A DNA stretch of 64,000 nt from Candidatus Bathyarchaeota archaeon (GTDB lineage: Archaea > Thermoproteota > Bathyarchaeia > Bathyarchaeales > Bathycorpusculaceae): NCBI GenBank assembly GCA_963717465.1, contig OY970340.1, positions 2,016,001 through 2,080,000 on the forward strand, written 5' to 3'. A program made the translations under genes and the position numbers. The notes under the pieces were generated by a model. It worked only from the letters and a program-made list of their open reading frames with translations. It made no database searches and was not told where the DNA came from. This document shows, piece by piece, positions 54,287-64,000 of this stretch. Position 1 is the first letter of the stretch, and the number at the start of each line of letters is the position of its first letter.

Positions 54287-55114
54287 TTGACTATGGGTTT
54301 CAGATCTCAAACGGGTTCACGAAGAGGTTCAAGCGGGAAATTTCAGAAGTCCAACCACGAAAAAGCAAAGATGAGAGAGCGCAAAAACAAATCGGGCAAA
54401 AACCAATTTCAAGAAGAAGCTCCTGCGCCTTCCTTAAAAGAACTTGAGGATAAAACTGTTGAGAGCTTAAATCGTTTGGGCCACCAAACTTTTGCATTGT
54501 CGCCCTTTAGCCAATACTTTGATGATTGGTTGGTAAGTCTTAAGCAAGTTGTTTCAGAGTTTGAATCAAACCCAAACGTTAACGCAGATGACTTGTTCAT
54601 TAAGGAACGCTCTCAAGTATTCATCGATATTGAAAGCAGCTTTGCTGAAAACCGAATTCAAGAATCAGACATAGCTAAAGTAAACAGTTCTTTATCGGAG
54701 AATAATCATCAATTAGTCGAGTTAGACGCTGAATACGCCGCAAAAAACAGGGAACTCGACGGAAAACGTAATTTAGATATTCAAATTTTAACCCATAGAA
54801 TCCATGACTACGAAATTGAATCAGACGTCCATAAAAATAAAGCAACAAAAGGTTTTAATCCATTCGCTAGAAGGACAGCTGCGCAAAAACTTGTATTAAT
54901 CAATCAAGACTTGACTGCTGCAAAGAACGAGTTAGAAGTCACTTTACAAAACTTCAAAATCGAACAGGAAAAACTTCACGATAACTACGAGATAAAAAAA
55001 CAAGAAGTTATAGCGAAAGTTGAAAGTTTACAAAAAGAACTTGAAAAACTTGAAATTGACAATTCAATAAGTGCTAGAGCAAGCAGCATGCAACGCATTT
55101 ATCAACGCCATTAA
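54287..55114 (+). CDS. Coiled-coil hypothetical protein with basic N-terminus (probable indel near 55079, so true end uncertain)
   Basis: Heptad-rich E/K/L/Q composition. Confidence 0.6.
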   Translation: MTMGFRSQTGSRRGSSGKFQKSNHEKAKMRERKNKSGKNQFQEEAPAPSLKELEDKTVESLNRLGHQTFALSPFSQYFDDWLVSLKQVVSEFESNPNVNADDLFIKERSQVFIDIESSFAENRIQESDIAKVNSSLSENNHQLVELDAEYAAKNRELDGKRNLDIQILTHRIHDYEIESDVHKNKATKGFNPFARRTAAQKLVLINQDLTAAKNELEVTLQNFKIEQEKLHDNYEIKKQEVIAKVESLQKELEKLEIDNSISARASSMQRIYQRH

Positions 55115-55337
55115 AGCACTAAACGAAAGGACGCAGCCAAAAGCCAATTGACGCATTAAACACGTTACCAACGTTAATTTTTAGTGTAATTGGCTTGCTT
55201 TTGATTTCACACCTGAAAGCCTTGCGAACAGCCGATTAAGAAAAACTGAAGACCTAATTTTCTGCAATACCTTTTTTAATCATTATTTTTCTTTTTATTC
55301 GCGGTGCAAAAGAACGGCAGCAAAAAATTGGATTCCT

Positions 55338-56342
55338 ATGGATGGAGATACGTTCGTTACTAAAGACGGATTTATCCTAAACACCTTTGGTTATGAGCAT
55401 CCTGAAGATCGCGTTTTTGCGTTTCTAAAATACATTCCAGCGCAGTTCAAAGAGATGTTCCAAGTGGAAATGCTCGAGCGAACCTGGAAATTTGGGGAAA
55501 ATACCCTATTCCGCGCAGAGAAGCTGTACACAGCCAAAAACTACAAGTCTTTTATCGAGACATTTCGCAAGAATTTTCCTGATTACCTGTATTTTTGTCC
55601 CTTTAGAAATAGAGAAATAATTACTACACCTTTAAAGTTAATTGAGCATGTTTTCGTTCCACGCGAACGTTTAGTTTGGCTTGAAAATCTTAAAAAACGT
55701 GACACTTTACAGCAAATGGCTCTGGATTTAATTCATTTAATTTCCGAAGAATCGACTGTGAGCTTTAGTGATTTAGGAGTTCACGGGTCCATTGCTTTGA
55801 ACATGCATGCTCCAGAATCAGACATTGACTTCGTAGTGTACGGGTCAGAGAATTTTCGACTCGTGGAATCTGCCATTGCACGGCTAGTTAATGCTGGAAA
55901 ATTAACGTATCTTGCCAGCAACAGGATTGAAGCTGCACGAAAATTCCAAGGACGCTACCAAAACAAAATTTTCATGTACAACGCCACAATGCAGTTTGAC
56001 GATGCTAAAAACATCAAATATGGGGCTTATCGGTACGTAGCATTGGATCCCGTGCAATTCAAATGCACCGTGTGCGAGGACTCCCAGACTATGTTTCGCC
56101 CAGCATTCTACAAGATATCTGGTTATAAACCCTTAAATTCAATATCAGAACTGCCGCCTGAAAAAACTCCCATCCAAGTCATGTCAAACATCGGCTGCTA
56201 CCGAAACATCGCCCGCAAAGGCAGCGAAATTAAAGTTGCTGGAAAACTTGAACGTGTCGAATCAACCAAAAACAACGAAGCCTTCTACCAGGTAGCTGTG
56301 GGAACAGCAACTTCAGAGGAAGAATACCTTTGGCTAGTTTAA
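55338..56342 (+). CDS. Pol-beta superfamily nucleotidyltransferase, COG1665-like (paralog 1)
   Basis: GYEHP N-domain; [15 protein letters not shown]-terminal OB-like I.V.GKLE. Confidence 0.75.
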   Translation: MDGDTFVTKDGFILNTFGYEHPEDRVFAFLKYIPAQFKEMFQVEMLERTWKFGENTLFRAEKLYTAKNYKSFIETFRKNFPDYLYFCPFRNREIITTPLKLIEHVFVPRERLVWLENLKKRDTLQQMALDLIHLISEESTVSFSDLGVHGSIALNMHAPESDIDFVVYGSENFRLVESAIARLVNAGKLTYLASNRIEAARKFQGRYQNKIFMYNATMQFDDAKNIKYGAYRYVALDPVQFKCTVCEDSQTMFRPAFYKISGYKPLNSISELPPEKTPIQVMSNIGCYRNIARKGSEIKVAGKLERVESTKNNEAFYQVAVGTATSEEEYLWLV

Positions 56343-57403
56343 GACTACGAGACCGCGATGGCATCCTTACCCAGGAAGGTTTCATATTTCGCGTCTTCGG
56401 CTACTCTCATCCAGCAGACGCTTATATTTGCGATGCCGAATATGCATCGGAAAAAATTTTTAAATCAACAGATCCCCGAGCCCCAAGAACAGGTGCAAAC
56501 CAAACTTACTACAAGTTTTATGATGATGAAGGCTGGAAGCTTATTTCCGCAAAATTCCCAAAATACACCATTCTGCATGAAATGCTTGACAAAAAAATTG
56601 TCGGCGTAAACGAATCAGATATTGCTGAAACAAGAAAACCTGAAAAAAGATTACAAGAAATGATTAAGCGCGGACCTAACGACGTGTTGGAAAAGGCTTC
56701 TTTGAATGTCCTTAATGTTTGCCTTGAAAACTCAGGTTTAGTGTCTCCGAATTTTGGCGTTTTCGGTTCGATGCTTCATAATTTTCATCATCCCAAATTT
56801 TCGGATATTGACCTTGTAGTTTACGGAAAAAAAGAAAATACTGCTATGAGAAAAACGCTCGAATCCATGTATGCGGATAAGGGTTCAGGCTTTAGAAACG
56901 AGTTTGAGTCAGAGCAGGCGATGGCGGGTAAACGTTGGCGTTTTAAGAATTTTGATGTTGCAGATTTTGTTTGGCATCAGAGGCGCAAACAGATTTATGG
57001 TTTATTCGATGATACAGCGTCGAGCGGTAGAGTGATAAAGGCGGAATTTGAGCCAGTAAAGGCTTACAGCGAAATCTCTTCGGAGTATGACGTTTCAGGA
57101 AGGATTTCAGTGAAAGGCTGGACAAGAATAAAGGCGCGAGTGGTAGCTGATGATGATTCGCCATTTATTCCCTCAGTTTACCGTATTGAACCTTTAGAAG
57201 TGCTCACTGGACCCAAAGAAGCAATTGAAGCAGTAAGAGTTTTCTCTTACATGGAAGAGTTTCGTTTACAGGCACGAAAAGATGAAGAGATTATTGTTGA
57301 AGGCAACTTGGAAGAAGTAACATCTCCGAAAGGCAGCTTTCACCAAGTCACCTTGACTTATTGCCCACGTTACTATGAGCAAGTATTGAAAGTTCTGCAT
57401 TAG
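56330..57403 (+). CDS. Pol-beta superfamily nucleotidyltransferase, COG1665-like (paralog 2)
   Basis: [35 protein letters not shown]. Confidence 0.75.
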   Translation: MASLRLRDRDGILTQEGFIFRVFGYSHPADAYICDAEYASEKIFKSTDPRAPRTGANQTYYKFYDDEGWKLISAKFPKYTILHEMLDKKIVGVNESDIAETRKPEKRLQEMIKRGPNDVLEKASLNVLNVCLENSGLVSPNFGVFGSMLHNFHHPKFSDIDLVVYGKKENTAMRKTLESMYADKGSGFRNEFESEQAMAGKRWRFKNFDVADFVWHQRRKQIYGLFDDTASSGRVIKAEFEPVKAYSEISSEYDVSGRISVKGWTRIKARVVADDDSPFIPSVYRIEPLEVLTGPKEAIEAVRVFSYMEEFRLQARKDEEIIVEGNLEEVTSPKGSFHQVTLTYCPRYYEQVLKVLH

Positions 57404-58420
57404 TGCTGTGAAAGAATCATGTAATCTTCAGGCTTATTGCCCAACATCAAACGATAATATTCACTAGAAGTTTTCTTGTTGTTTACCAATTCAATTTTAC
57501 CCTGCGCTTCTATTACTTCGCCGTTTTTTGCGTGTTCACAGAATCTGCCGCGAAAAGATACAACTTCTTTAATCGGTGCCAGTTTTGGTCCTTCTAAAAC
57601 TTTTACGTTATTGATTTGGTAAGTGCAAGGAGTAAAAAGTGAATCTGCATCGTCAATTATCGTGGCTAAAATTTTAGCGTAGCCACAGTTCTTGTACAGA
57701 ATGTCTCCGTACTGTTCGGTGTTTTCATCCCAATTCTTCACGAAGCGGACAAAATAGTCAGTTTGCATGTATTTGCCTTGGAAGGCTTTTCGATTTTCCA
57801 CTTTTTCGAAGTCTTCGAAGCTCATCTTAGTATCTTTCGAACGAAAATCGAAGAGCTCAAGCAGTTCTTTTTCAGTATATAGTCTTGAAGTTAGAGTTTT
57901 GATTTTTACGCAAATCCTGAAGGGCAGCATACGCTTTTCGGCAATTTAGGGTACCGTAGACTACTGGGTCAATATCTGATTTAACAGTATATAATCCTGC
58001 AAGGATTGAACCAGAAATTCCAATCGCACTCCATGGAATGCCTGCTTGACTCTTAAGATCGATAGCCAACTGCAATGCTTTTTTCTCTAAGCCATCCAAT
58101 TCTTTGCTTTCTCGTAATTCCTGCAGTTTTTTGCTTGGCTGATAGTGCTCAGCTACTTCGGTTGTTGGCACTTCGCAGAGGGTTTCACCGAAAACGGGGT
58201 CAGGTACAATGAGGTTTGGCAGGTTCTCTTGAAGAAATTTGAATCGTTCACTTAAACTGTAGATTTTGCCGTAATTGCCGTTTTTTCCTTGTCTTGGACC
58301 TTGATTCATAGGGATGAATCTTGGAAAAGCAACAATCTTATCTGGAGGATGAACTAGTCCTTTAACGTCAAATATTACGTTACTTCTTGTTCTTATCAAA
58401 TCGCCTTCACATGCATTCAT
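57400..58420 (-). CDS. Pol-beta superfamily nucleotidyltransferase, COG1665-like (paralog 3; +1 indel near 57883)
   Basis: FDVKGLVHP; GISGS..SDIDPVVYG; VSFRGRF..IEAQGKIE across two frames. Confidence 0.75.
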
Positions 58421-58525
58421 GTCGGTTGTCCTCTATCATTGTAATATTGTTCAATTGTTTGTAATTTTTTACATAATATTAATAAAGCTTTTATTAAACC
58501 TCTATAGCCTTGTCGTGCAATTTCA

Positions 58526-59473
58526 ATGGAAAACTGCGAAAAAGCAAAGCATATTTCCAGATGTTTACAATTGGCGATACTGCTTGAAGTCAGCGCTGAC
58601 AAACCTGGAAACGTAAATTTCGTAGTAGGTTTTGAAGGAACCCGAGTTGAACATTTCTTGGCCTCAGCCGTTGCTGCAGTGTCATCATTTCAGGAGGCTG
58701 CTTACCGGGGAATAGAAGTAGCAGAAAAGAAACGAGCTATTAGCAACGCTGGCTTAGGTGAACTCATAAAAGCGGGTATTGCTGAGATAAGTGAATGGCA
58801 AACTGGCGGAAACACATTGCTAGGAACGATAATGTTGTTTGCACCACTTGCAGTTGCCGCTGGCATGACGCCGACAAGAGAAAAATACGTTTATGATTTT
58901 CAAGAGTTAAGAGCTAACCTTGATTTAGCGATTAAATCCACAACAGCTCAAGATTCAGTTGCAGTTTATGAAGCCATAGAAATAGCAAAGCCAAGCGGGC
59001 TTAATAGTGCACCAGACCTCAGTGTTAAAGACCCCAGCTCCAAAAAACGGTTAATTAAGGAAAATGTTTCGCTCTACAAAGCTTTTAGCATCGGTAAAGA
59101 TTTTGATGACATTTGCTCTGAGTACGTAAATAATTATCCGATAACCTTTGAGTGTGCTTATCCTCATTTGATGAAGCAACTGAAAAGTACGGATTTAAAC
59201 ACGGCCATCGTTAACACTTTCCTAAAAGTTCTCTCCGAATATCCAGACACGTTCATTTCAAGAAAAGTCGGCTTGGAAAAAGCTCGTGATGTTTCAAGCG
59301 ATGCCAAAAAAGTTTTAGAGCTTGGCGGCGTCGAAACTGAAGACGGCAAACAGTGCCTGATAGCGTTTGATCGGAAACTACGCAAAGCTGGGAACGATTA
59401 TAATCCCGGAACAACTGCGGATATAACGGCTGCTGCATTGGCGCTTTGCACTCTAAGCGGTTATAGACCATGA
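58526..59473 (+). CDS. citG: CitG-like (triphosphoribosyl-dephospho-CoA synthase family) protein, archaeal/methanopterin-cluster type
   Basis: LLEVSA.KPGNV, NTLLG, PDTFI.RK, NPGTTAD. Confidence 0.8.
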   Translation: MENCEKAKHISRCLQLAILLEVSADKPGNVNFVVGFEGTRVEHFLASAVAAVSSFQEAAYRGIEVAEKKRAISNAGLGELIKAGIAEISEWQTGGNTLLGTIMLFAPLAVAAGMTPTREKYVYDFQELRANLDLAIKSTTAQDSVAVYEAIEIAKPSGLNSAPDLSVKDPSSKKRLIKENVSLYKAFSIGKDFDDICSEYVNNYPITFECAYPHLMKQLKSTDLNTAIVNTFLKVLSEYPDTFISRKVGLEKARDVSSDAKKVLELGGVETEDGKQCLIAFDRKLRKAGNDYNPGTTADITAAALALCTLSGYRP

Positions 59474-59554
59474 TTAATAGCGCAATTTTTCTTGCTTTAA
59501 TTTAAATACTAAAATAAAATCAGTAATATGACAAATCAATTAAGGTGAAATGTT

Positions 59555-60517
59555 ACGGGCAAAATTATAAGCGTAAATCAGTTAGCATGGAAACTTTCCC
59601 AAAAACTAATTGATAACCCAGAAATCCTCGGCGTAGAAGTATATAAGTCATCTGCGGGAGCCACCATTGTAGATGCTGGCATTAAGGCGCCTGGCGGTTT
59701 TCAAGCTGGGAAACTCTTAACGGAGTTGTGCATGGGTGGCGCTGGAAAAGTCACATTAGGCTTCAAATCCTATGGAGAATTAACGTTTCCTTCAATAACC
59801 GTATGTACAGATCATCCTGCGATTGCGTTGTTGGGCTCTCAGTTTGCAGGCTGGCGCATCAAAGAAGGCGAAGCAATAGCCATCGGTTCAGGTCCCGCAC
59901 GTGCTTTAGCTTTGAAACCCAAGGAAGTTTATGAAGAGATCGGCTATACTGATGCAAGTGACAAAGCAGTGCTTACGCTGGAAAGCAATACCCTTCCGTC
60001 GGATGCGCTTGTTGAGAAAGTTGTTGGTGCCTGCAAGATTTCGGCTCAAAACTTAATCATTGTGGTTGCTCCAACTGCAAGTATTGCAGGTTTAACGCAA
60101 GTTACTGGAAGAGTTGTTGAAGTTGGTATTCACAAACTTCGAACCCTTGGATTAAACCCCAAAGTAATTCGTTACGCATGGGGTTTTGCTCCAATTTCCC
60201 CGTTAGGCACAGACTTCGAGGTAGCAATGGCGAGAACAAACGATGCTATCTTGTACGGAGGAACAGTCTACTGCACGGTCGATTTTGATGATGAAGCAGC
60301 GTTGCAAAAAATGGTTGAGGCTGCGCCGTCAATTAAGTCAAAAGATTATGGCAAACCATTCCTGCAGATTTTCCGCGAGGCAGGCCGAGACTTCTACAAA
60401 ATTGATCACAACTTGTTCGCTCCAGCCGTAATCATGATAAACAACGCTAAGACAGGCAACACTTTCAAGGCGGGACAAATCAACACTAAGGTCTTAAGCG
60501 AAAGCTTAGGTCTTTAA
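59555..60517 (+). CDS. mch: Methenyltetrahydromethanopterin cyclohydrolase (start codon anomalous)
   Basis: Frame open from about 59555: SVNQ..IVDAG..ELCMGG, SQFAGW, GSGPARAL, PTASIAG, TNDAILYGG, DFYKID..LFAP. Confidence 0.92.
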   Translation, partial: TGKIISVNQLAWKLSQKLIDNPEILGVEVYKSSAGATIVDAGIKAPGGFQAGKLLTELCMGGAGKVTLGFKSYGELTFPSITVCTDHPAIALLGSQFAGWRIKEGEAIAIGSGPARALALKPKEVYEEIGYTDASDKAVLTLESNTLPSDALVEKVVGACKISAQNLIIVVAPTASIAGLTQVTGRVVEVGIHKLRTLGLNPKVIRYAWGFAPISPLGTDFEVAMARTNDAILYGGTVYCTVDFDDEAALQKMVEAAPSIKSKDYGKPFLQIFREAGRDFYKIDHNLFAPAVIMINNAKTGNTFKAGQINTKVLSESLGL

Positions 60518-60562
60518 ACTATCTTTGTTATTTTAAGTGACCTAATTTTTCATGCTTGAGCA

Positions 60563-61640
60563 GATTAAATTTTAATCCCACACAACACAAAACAAAAAGA
60601 AATTGGGTGAGTCTGTAAAAGAACTCGTTTTGGGCGTTTATAATAAAACCTTAGGACAGCCAATGCCAGCAGCACGAAACTACTATAATTGTGGTTCGTG
60701 TCGGTTTTTCTTAGCGGAAAATATCGGGCCAGTATTCAACGTGATTGTAGGATCCAGTGAAGAATCTTTTTAAACTAATCCAGTATGAAATAATTGAAGA
60801 ATTATGGTTCAAATGAATTTTTTTGAAAAATTTTTTGTTAATCGGTTTAATGAATTTCGGGTTCCCCGAACCGTTTTTTCTATGCTGAAGGGAGCAAACC
60901 TGCAAATCAGTGGGTTATTCTTGGAAATTGGTGCAGGATTAGGCTATACATCTTTAAAGATATTTGATAAATATCATCCAGAAAAAGTTGTAATAACCGA
61001 TTATGATCCAAATCAAGTTAAAGACGCGGAACGATATGCGTTAAAAAAATATGGCTCGGTGCCATCAGAAATTCACTTTCAACGAGAAGATGCGTTGCAA
61101 CTCTCCTTTGAAGATGAGACCTTTGATTTTGTATTAGGGACATTATGTTTTCATCATATCGAAACTCGGGTTCTCGATTTTGTAAATACGCCTAAAGCAT
61201 TAGAACAGATTTATCGCGTCTTAAAACCAAATGGACATTTTATCTATTGGGATCGCTATAACAGAGATAAAATCGATGAATTCTTTCTCAGTCATGGGGG
61301 TTCGATTCAATATTCTGGAAGAGGAAAAGCCATTTATCGAAAAACTTAGGATTAACTAGGGATGAAAAGCGCGCTAGTGCGAGCGCTGAACGAGAAGAGC
61401 GATAGTGAAGGAATTTCTTTTGTCTCGTCTCCCCCATAGCGAGCAACTGCCGTAACGCCCGGAAGGCAACCGTCTTTTTTTTGTTTGTGAGTTATGTGTT
61501 ATACTGTATTCTATATACTCAATATACTCATATTTCCAATCTTCTAATTGTATTCGTGTGATGAAGGGATATTAGAAGAGAAGGATTAGGATGAGGATTA
61601 GGATATAAGAAGGGTTGGATTGGGATTAAATTTTAATCCC
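60563..61640. repeat. 17-bp direct repeat GATTAAATTTTAATCCC (60563-79 and 61624-40), itself palindromic
   Basis: Exact match; the second copy extends to GGGATTAAA-T-TTTAATCCC. Confidence 0.7.
60804..61349 (+). CDS. Class I SAM-dependent methyltransferase
   Basis: LEIGAGLG, DALQLSFEDETFD, RVLKPNG. Confidence 0.88.
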   Translation: MVQMNFFEKFFVNRFNEFRVPRTVFSMLKGANLQISGLFLEIGAGLGYTSLKIFDKYHPEKVVITDYDPNQVKDAERYALKKYGSVPSEIHFQREDALQLSFEDETFDFVLGTLCFHHIETRVLDFVNTPKALEQIYRVLKPNGHFIYWDRYNRDKIDEFFLSHGGSIQYSGRGKAIYRKT

Positions 61641-61933
61641 CAAACCCAAACGATAACACTCACGATGATAATACGGCGACGATAACACTTACGAGGTCAA
61701 TGATGACCACCATCACCACTACAATAAGTGCACGTCGAAGATGTCGCATTGAGCTGACAAAGATATCACACATAGAGATAACAATTAGAGATGAACACTA
61801 TTAAATTAAACGATAAACAAATAGATGATAACTCTTAAACATAGCATAAACTTCAAGGTCTTTTAGATTTTGGAGTTATGATTCATAAGTTATTTAAGTT
61901 TATAGTATTCAAAAGGGCTTAAGGTGTAAAACG

Positions 61934-62425
61934 TTGCCTTTAGAAGATCATTTGTTGCCTAAGGAAAATATACGATATCAAAGCGATTTTAATGTAGAAT
62001 ATGGTGGCAAAGTCTATACATTAATTCTAACCGATGTTCGACTAGTATTGTATGCTCGTAGAGGCTTAGTTTTCAAAGGTGATGATGTTGTAACTGAGGC
62101 GATTAGAGACGTGCAAGGAATAAAATATAAGGAAACTGGCATGCTTACTAAGACCTCACATCTTATTGTCCAAAGTAAAACAACAATCGACCTAATCGGT
62201 AAACAGAGCTCAATTAAAACATTGTATCAACGGCTACTGCCTTTTCTATCGCCAGAACTTCGGCAACCTGCACCAAATATGTATATGCCTCCAACTCCAT
62301 CAGCTTACCAAATTCCAGCACAACAAACATCTTATGCCTCTTCCAAATTCTGTCCTAATTGCGGGATACAATTATCATCAAATAGTAGATTTTGTCATAA
62401 TTGTGGCAAGCCCAGTGCGAGTTAG
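61934..62425 (+). CDS. Bacterial-PH-like domain plus zinc-ribbon protein
   Basis: L..ENI..LILTD.RL; FCPNCG..FCHNCG. Confidence 0.7.
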   Translation: MPLEDHLLPKENIRYQSDFNVEYGGKVYTLILTDVRLVLYARRGLVFKGDDVVTEAIRDVQGIKYKETGMLTKTSHLIVQSKTTIDLIGKQSSIKTLYQRLLPFLSPELRQPAPNMYMPPTPSAYQIPAQQTSYASSKFCPNCGIQLSSNSRFCHNCGKPSAS

Positions 62426-62429
62426 CCAA

Positions 62430-62940
62430 GATGGATAAACAAACCTTTCAAGGGTATAATTGCGACCTTGCTCAATTACAAAACAATGTGGCAACTTACT
62501 TTATTGGAAGATGTTATAAAGTCACGAATTTTTATAAAGAAAAAATGTATTTGACTCAAGCTTATAAAAATCAAATGGGAAGCAAAACAATTATTTGTCA
62601 AATACAAGGTATTCATGAAAATTTTGATGTATCAATAGGATTATCCGTAAAAATAATGAATATAAATGCTCTGCAGCCACTTGAAAAAATACCGTTTGAC
62701 ATCAAAGTTCTATTAGGTGAACCACTTTTAGAAAGGACTTTCTTGAATTATATCCTTACTCAAGTAGAATTAAATAGGAATACTTTTGAACTTTTGAATA
62801 CTGATAACTCACGGTTAGCTTCAATCTGGAAGGAGAGAGAAATAGTTAGAGAAATTGAAGTTGTCTATTGCAGATATTGTGGTGCCAAGAATAACGCAAG
62901 ACAAACAAATTGCACTAAGTGCAATGCTACTTTACATTGA
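62430..62940 (+). CDS. Hypothetical protein with C-terminal zinc ribbon
   Basis: EREIVREIEVVYCRYCG..CTKCNA. Confidence 0.65.
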
Positions 62941-63066
62941 TTTCATGATCAATCAAAAAACAAAAAAATAAGATTAGAGACGAGAATTCTCGGAATCCAC
63001 TCTTTTCATCCCTCAGATACTTTGCTATCAACAGAGCTTCTTCGTTGATTAATGTTTCAATTCGCG

Positions 63067-64000
63067 CTATTCATATCTCAAAGCATGCACGGGATCTAGC
63101 TTGGCTGCCTTTCGAGCTGGATATAGACCAAAGATTAAGCAGATGCCGATGGAGAACACCAGAGCAATAGCTGTCCATTCAGGCGAGAAAACGGGCGTAA
63201 TGGTGAGGCTAGTGCTTCCAGGTGAGCTAGATGATGAGACTTGAAATAATCCAGACACGCCGAATGCCAATGCATAAGAGAGTCCGTATCCCGTTATTAT
63301 TCCTATTAAGCCGCCGATTAAGCCTATCATCATCGTTTCTGTGAGGAACATGGAGAGAACAGTTCGACTTGTGGCGCCGATAGCTTTCATTATTCCAATT
63401 TCGCGGGTTCGCTCCATAACCGATACAGTCATTATATTCATGATGCCGACTCCTGCTACTATGAGTGATATTGACGCTACCGATAAAAGAAAAACCGTTA
63501 TCAAATTCAGAATGCCATTAACCTGATTTACTAGTGATGATGGAACAAATACTGTAATCGAGTAAGGCGGAAACTTACTCTCAATCGCATTAGACACGCT
63601 TTCAGCATTCTTTGAATTATCCACTTTTACAAGTATTAATTGATAGCCTCCACTTGCACTAACTCCTGGTATTTGTTCGATCGCTGTAGTTAATGGAATA
63701 AATGCCCAATAATCAAAATCAGTCAGTCCAGACGTTCCACCCTCGATAAGAACGCCAGTTATTGTAAATGTTTCATTGTAAAGATAATACGAGGTTCCAT
63801 TTGTGACCAACATTTGAAGAGTTACATTGTCACCAACGTTTGCAATCACTGTTCCGTTCAATCTTGCGGCATCATAACCAAGAACCATGCCATTGGGCGT
63901 CGATGAGTTAGGGAAGGACCCTCCAGATTGCAAGATAAACCTGTTGGAAAGCATTTCCTGCATTTCAGTAAAGTTTACAGCTCCAACCGTAAGTGCCCCC
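63067..64000 (-). CDS. MacB/FtsX-family ABC transporter permease (5' part beyond the window)
   Basis: GIMNIM.VSV.ERTREIGIMKAIGA, GLYPARKAA.LDPV.ALRYE; frame open to the window edge. Confidence 0.92.
   Translation of the reverse strand, partial: GALTVGAVNFTEMQEMLSNRFILQSGGSFPNSSTPNGMVLGYDAARLNGTVIANVGDNVTLQMLVTNGTSYYLYNETFTITGVLIEGGTSGLTDFDYWAFIPLTTAIEQIPGVSASGGYQLILVKVDNSKNAESVSNAIESKFPPYSITVFVPSSLVNQVNGILNLITVFLLSVASISLIVAGVGIMNIMTVSVMERTREIGIMKAIGATSRTVLSMFLTETMMIGLIGGLIGIITGYGLSYALAFGVSGLFQVSSSSSPGSTSLTITPVFSPEWTAIALVFSIGICLIFGLYPARKAAKLDPVHALRYE

Noticed and set aside
58526..60517. Citrate lyase activation or methanogenesis
   Set aside because: No citCDEFX or mcr genes in the window; mch alone indicates only H4MPT-type C1 chemistry.
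61358..61432. Hammerhead ribozyme
   Set aside because: Core reads GGGAUGA and GAAC instead of CUGANGA and GAAA.
61500..61860. CRISPR array or replication origin
   Set aside because: Repeats are at most about 15 bp, two-copy and irregularly spaced; no cas or cdc6/orc1 gene nearby.
2073..63526. Many short antisense or overlapping ORFs in the track
   Set aside because: They are shadows of well-supported genes and have no motifs; only those continuing frameshifted genes were used.

Overview
Archaeal chromosomal window, most consistent with Bathyarchaeia. Evidence: Mch, the XPB-Bax1 pair, a class III-signal pilin, a stand-alone Lrp domain, TATA/poly-T signals and many CxxC zinc-ribbon proteins. 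The lineage is inferred, not searched. Contents in order: a pilin plus GT-C/PMT/Dol-P-sugar synthase glycosylation locus; an MMPL transporter; a pseudo-S2P/PrsW/zinc-ribbon cluster; asnB; aguBA; a NikR-type regulator facing a ZnuABC-like importer; fumC; trxB; xpb-bax1; assorted redox enzymes; uvrBAC; a small accessory patch (tRNA-like relics, MFS, TetR, MazF); three paralogous Pol-beta nucleotidyltransferases beside citG-like and mch; and a partial ABC permease. Top finding: ORFs 38720-39184 and 39212-41050 are one in-frame acetylene-hydratase-family Mo/W-bisPGD enzyme. Its single internal TGA (39182-39184) falls at the metal-ligand Cys position and is followed by a hairpin with bacterial SECIS geometry. 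This makes it a candidate selenoprotein with bacterial-type decoding in an archaeon. No Sec machinery is visible in the window. Caveat: about a dozen single-base indels break conserved genes and look like consensus errors, so single-base claims need read-level checks.
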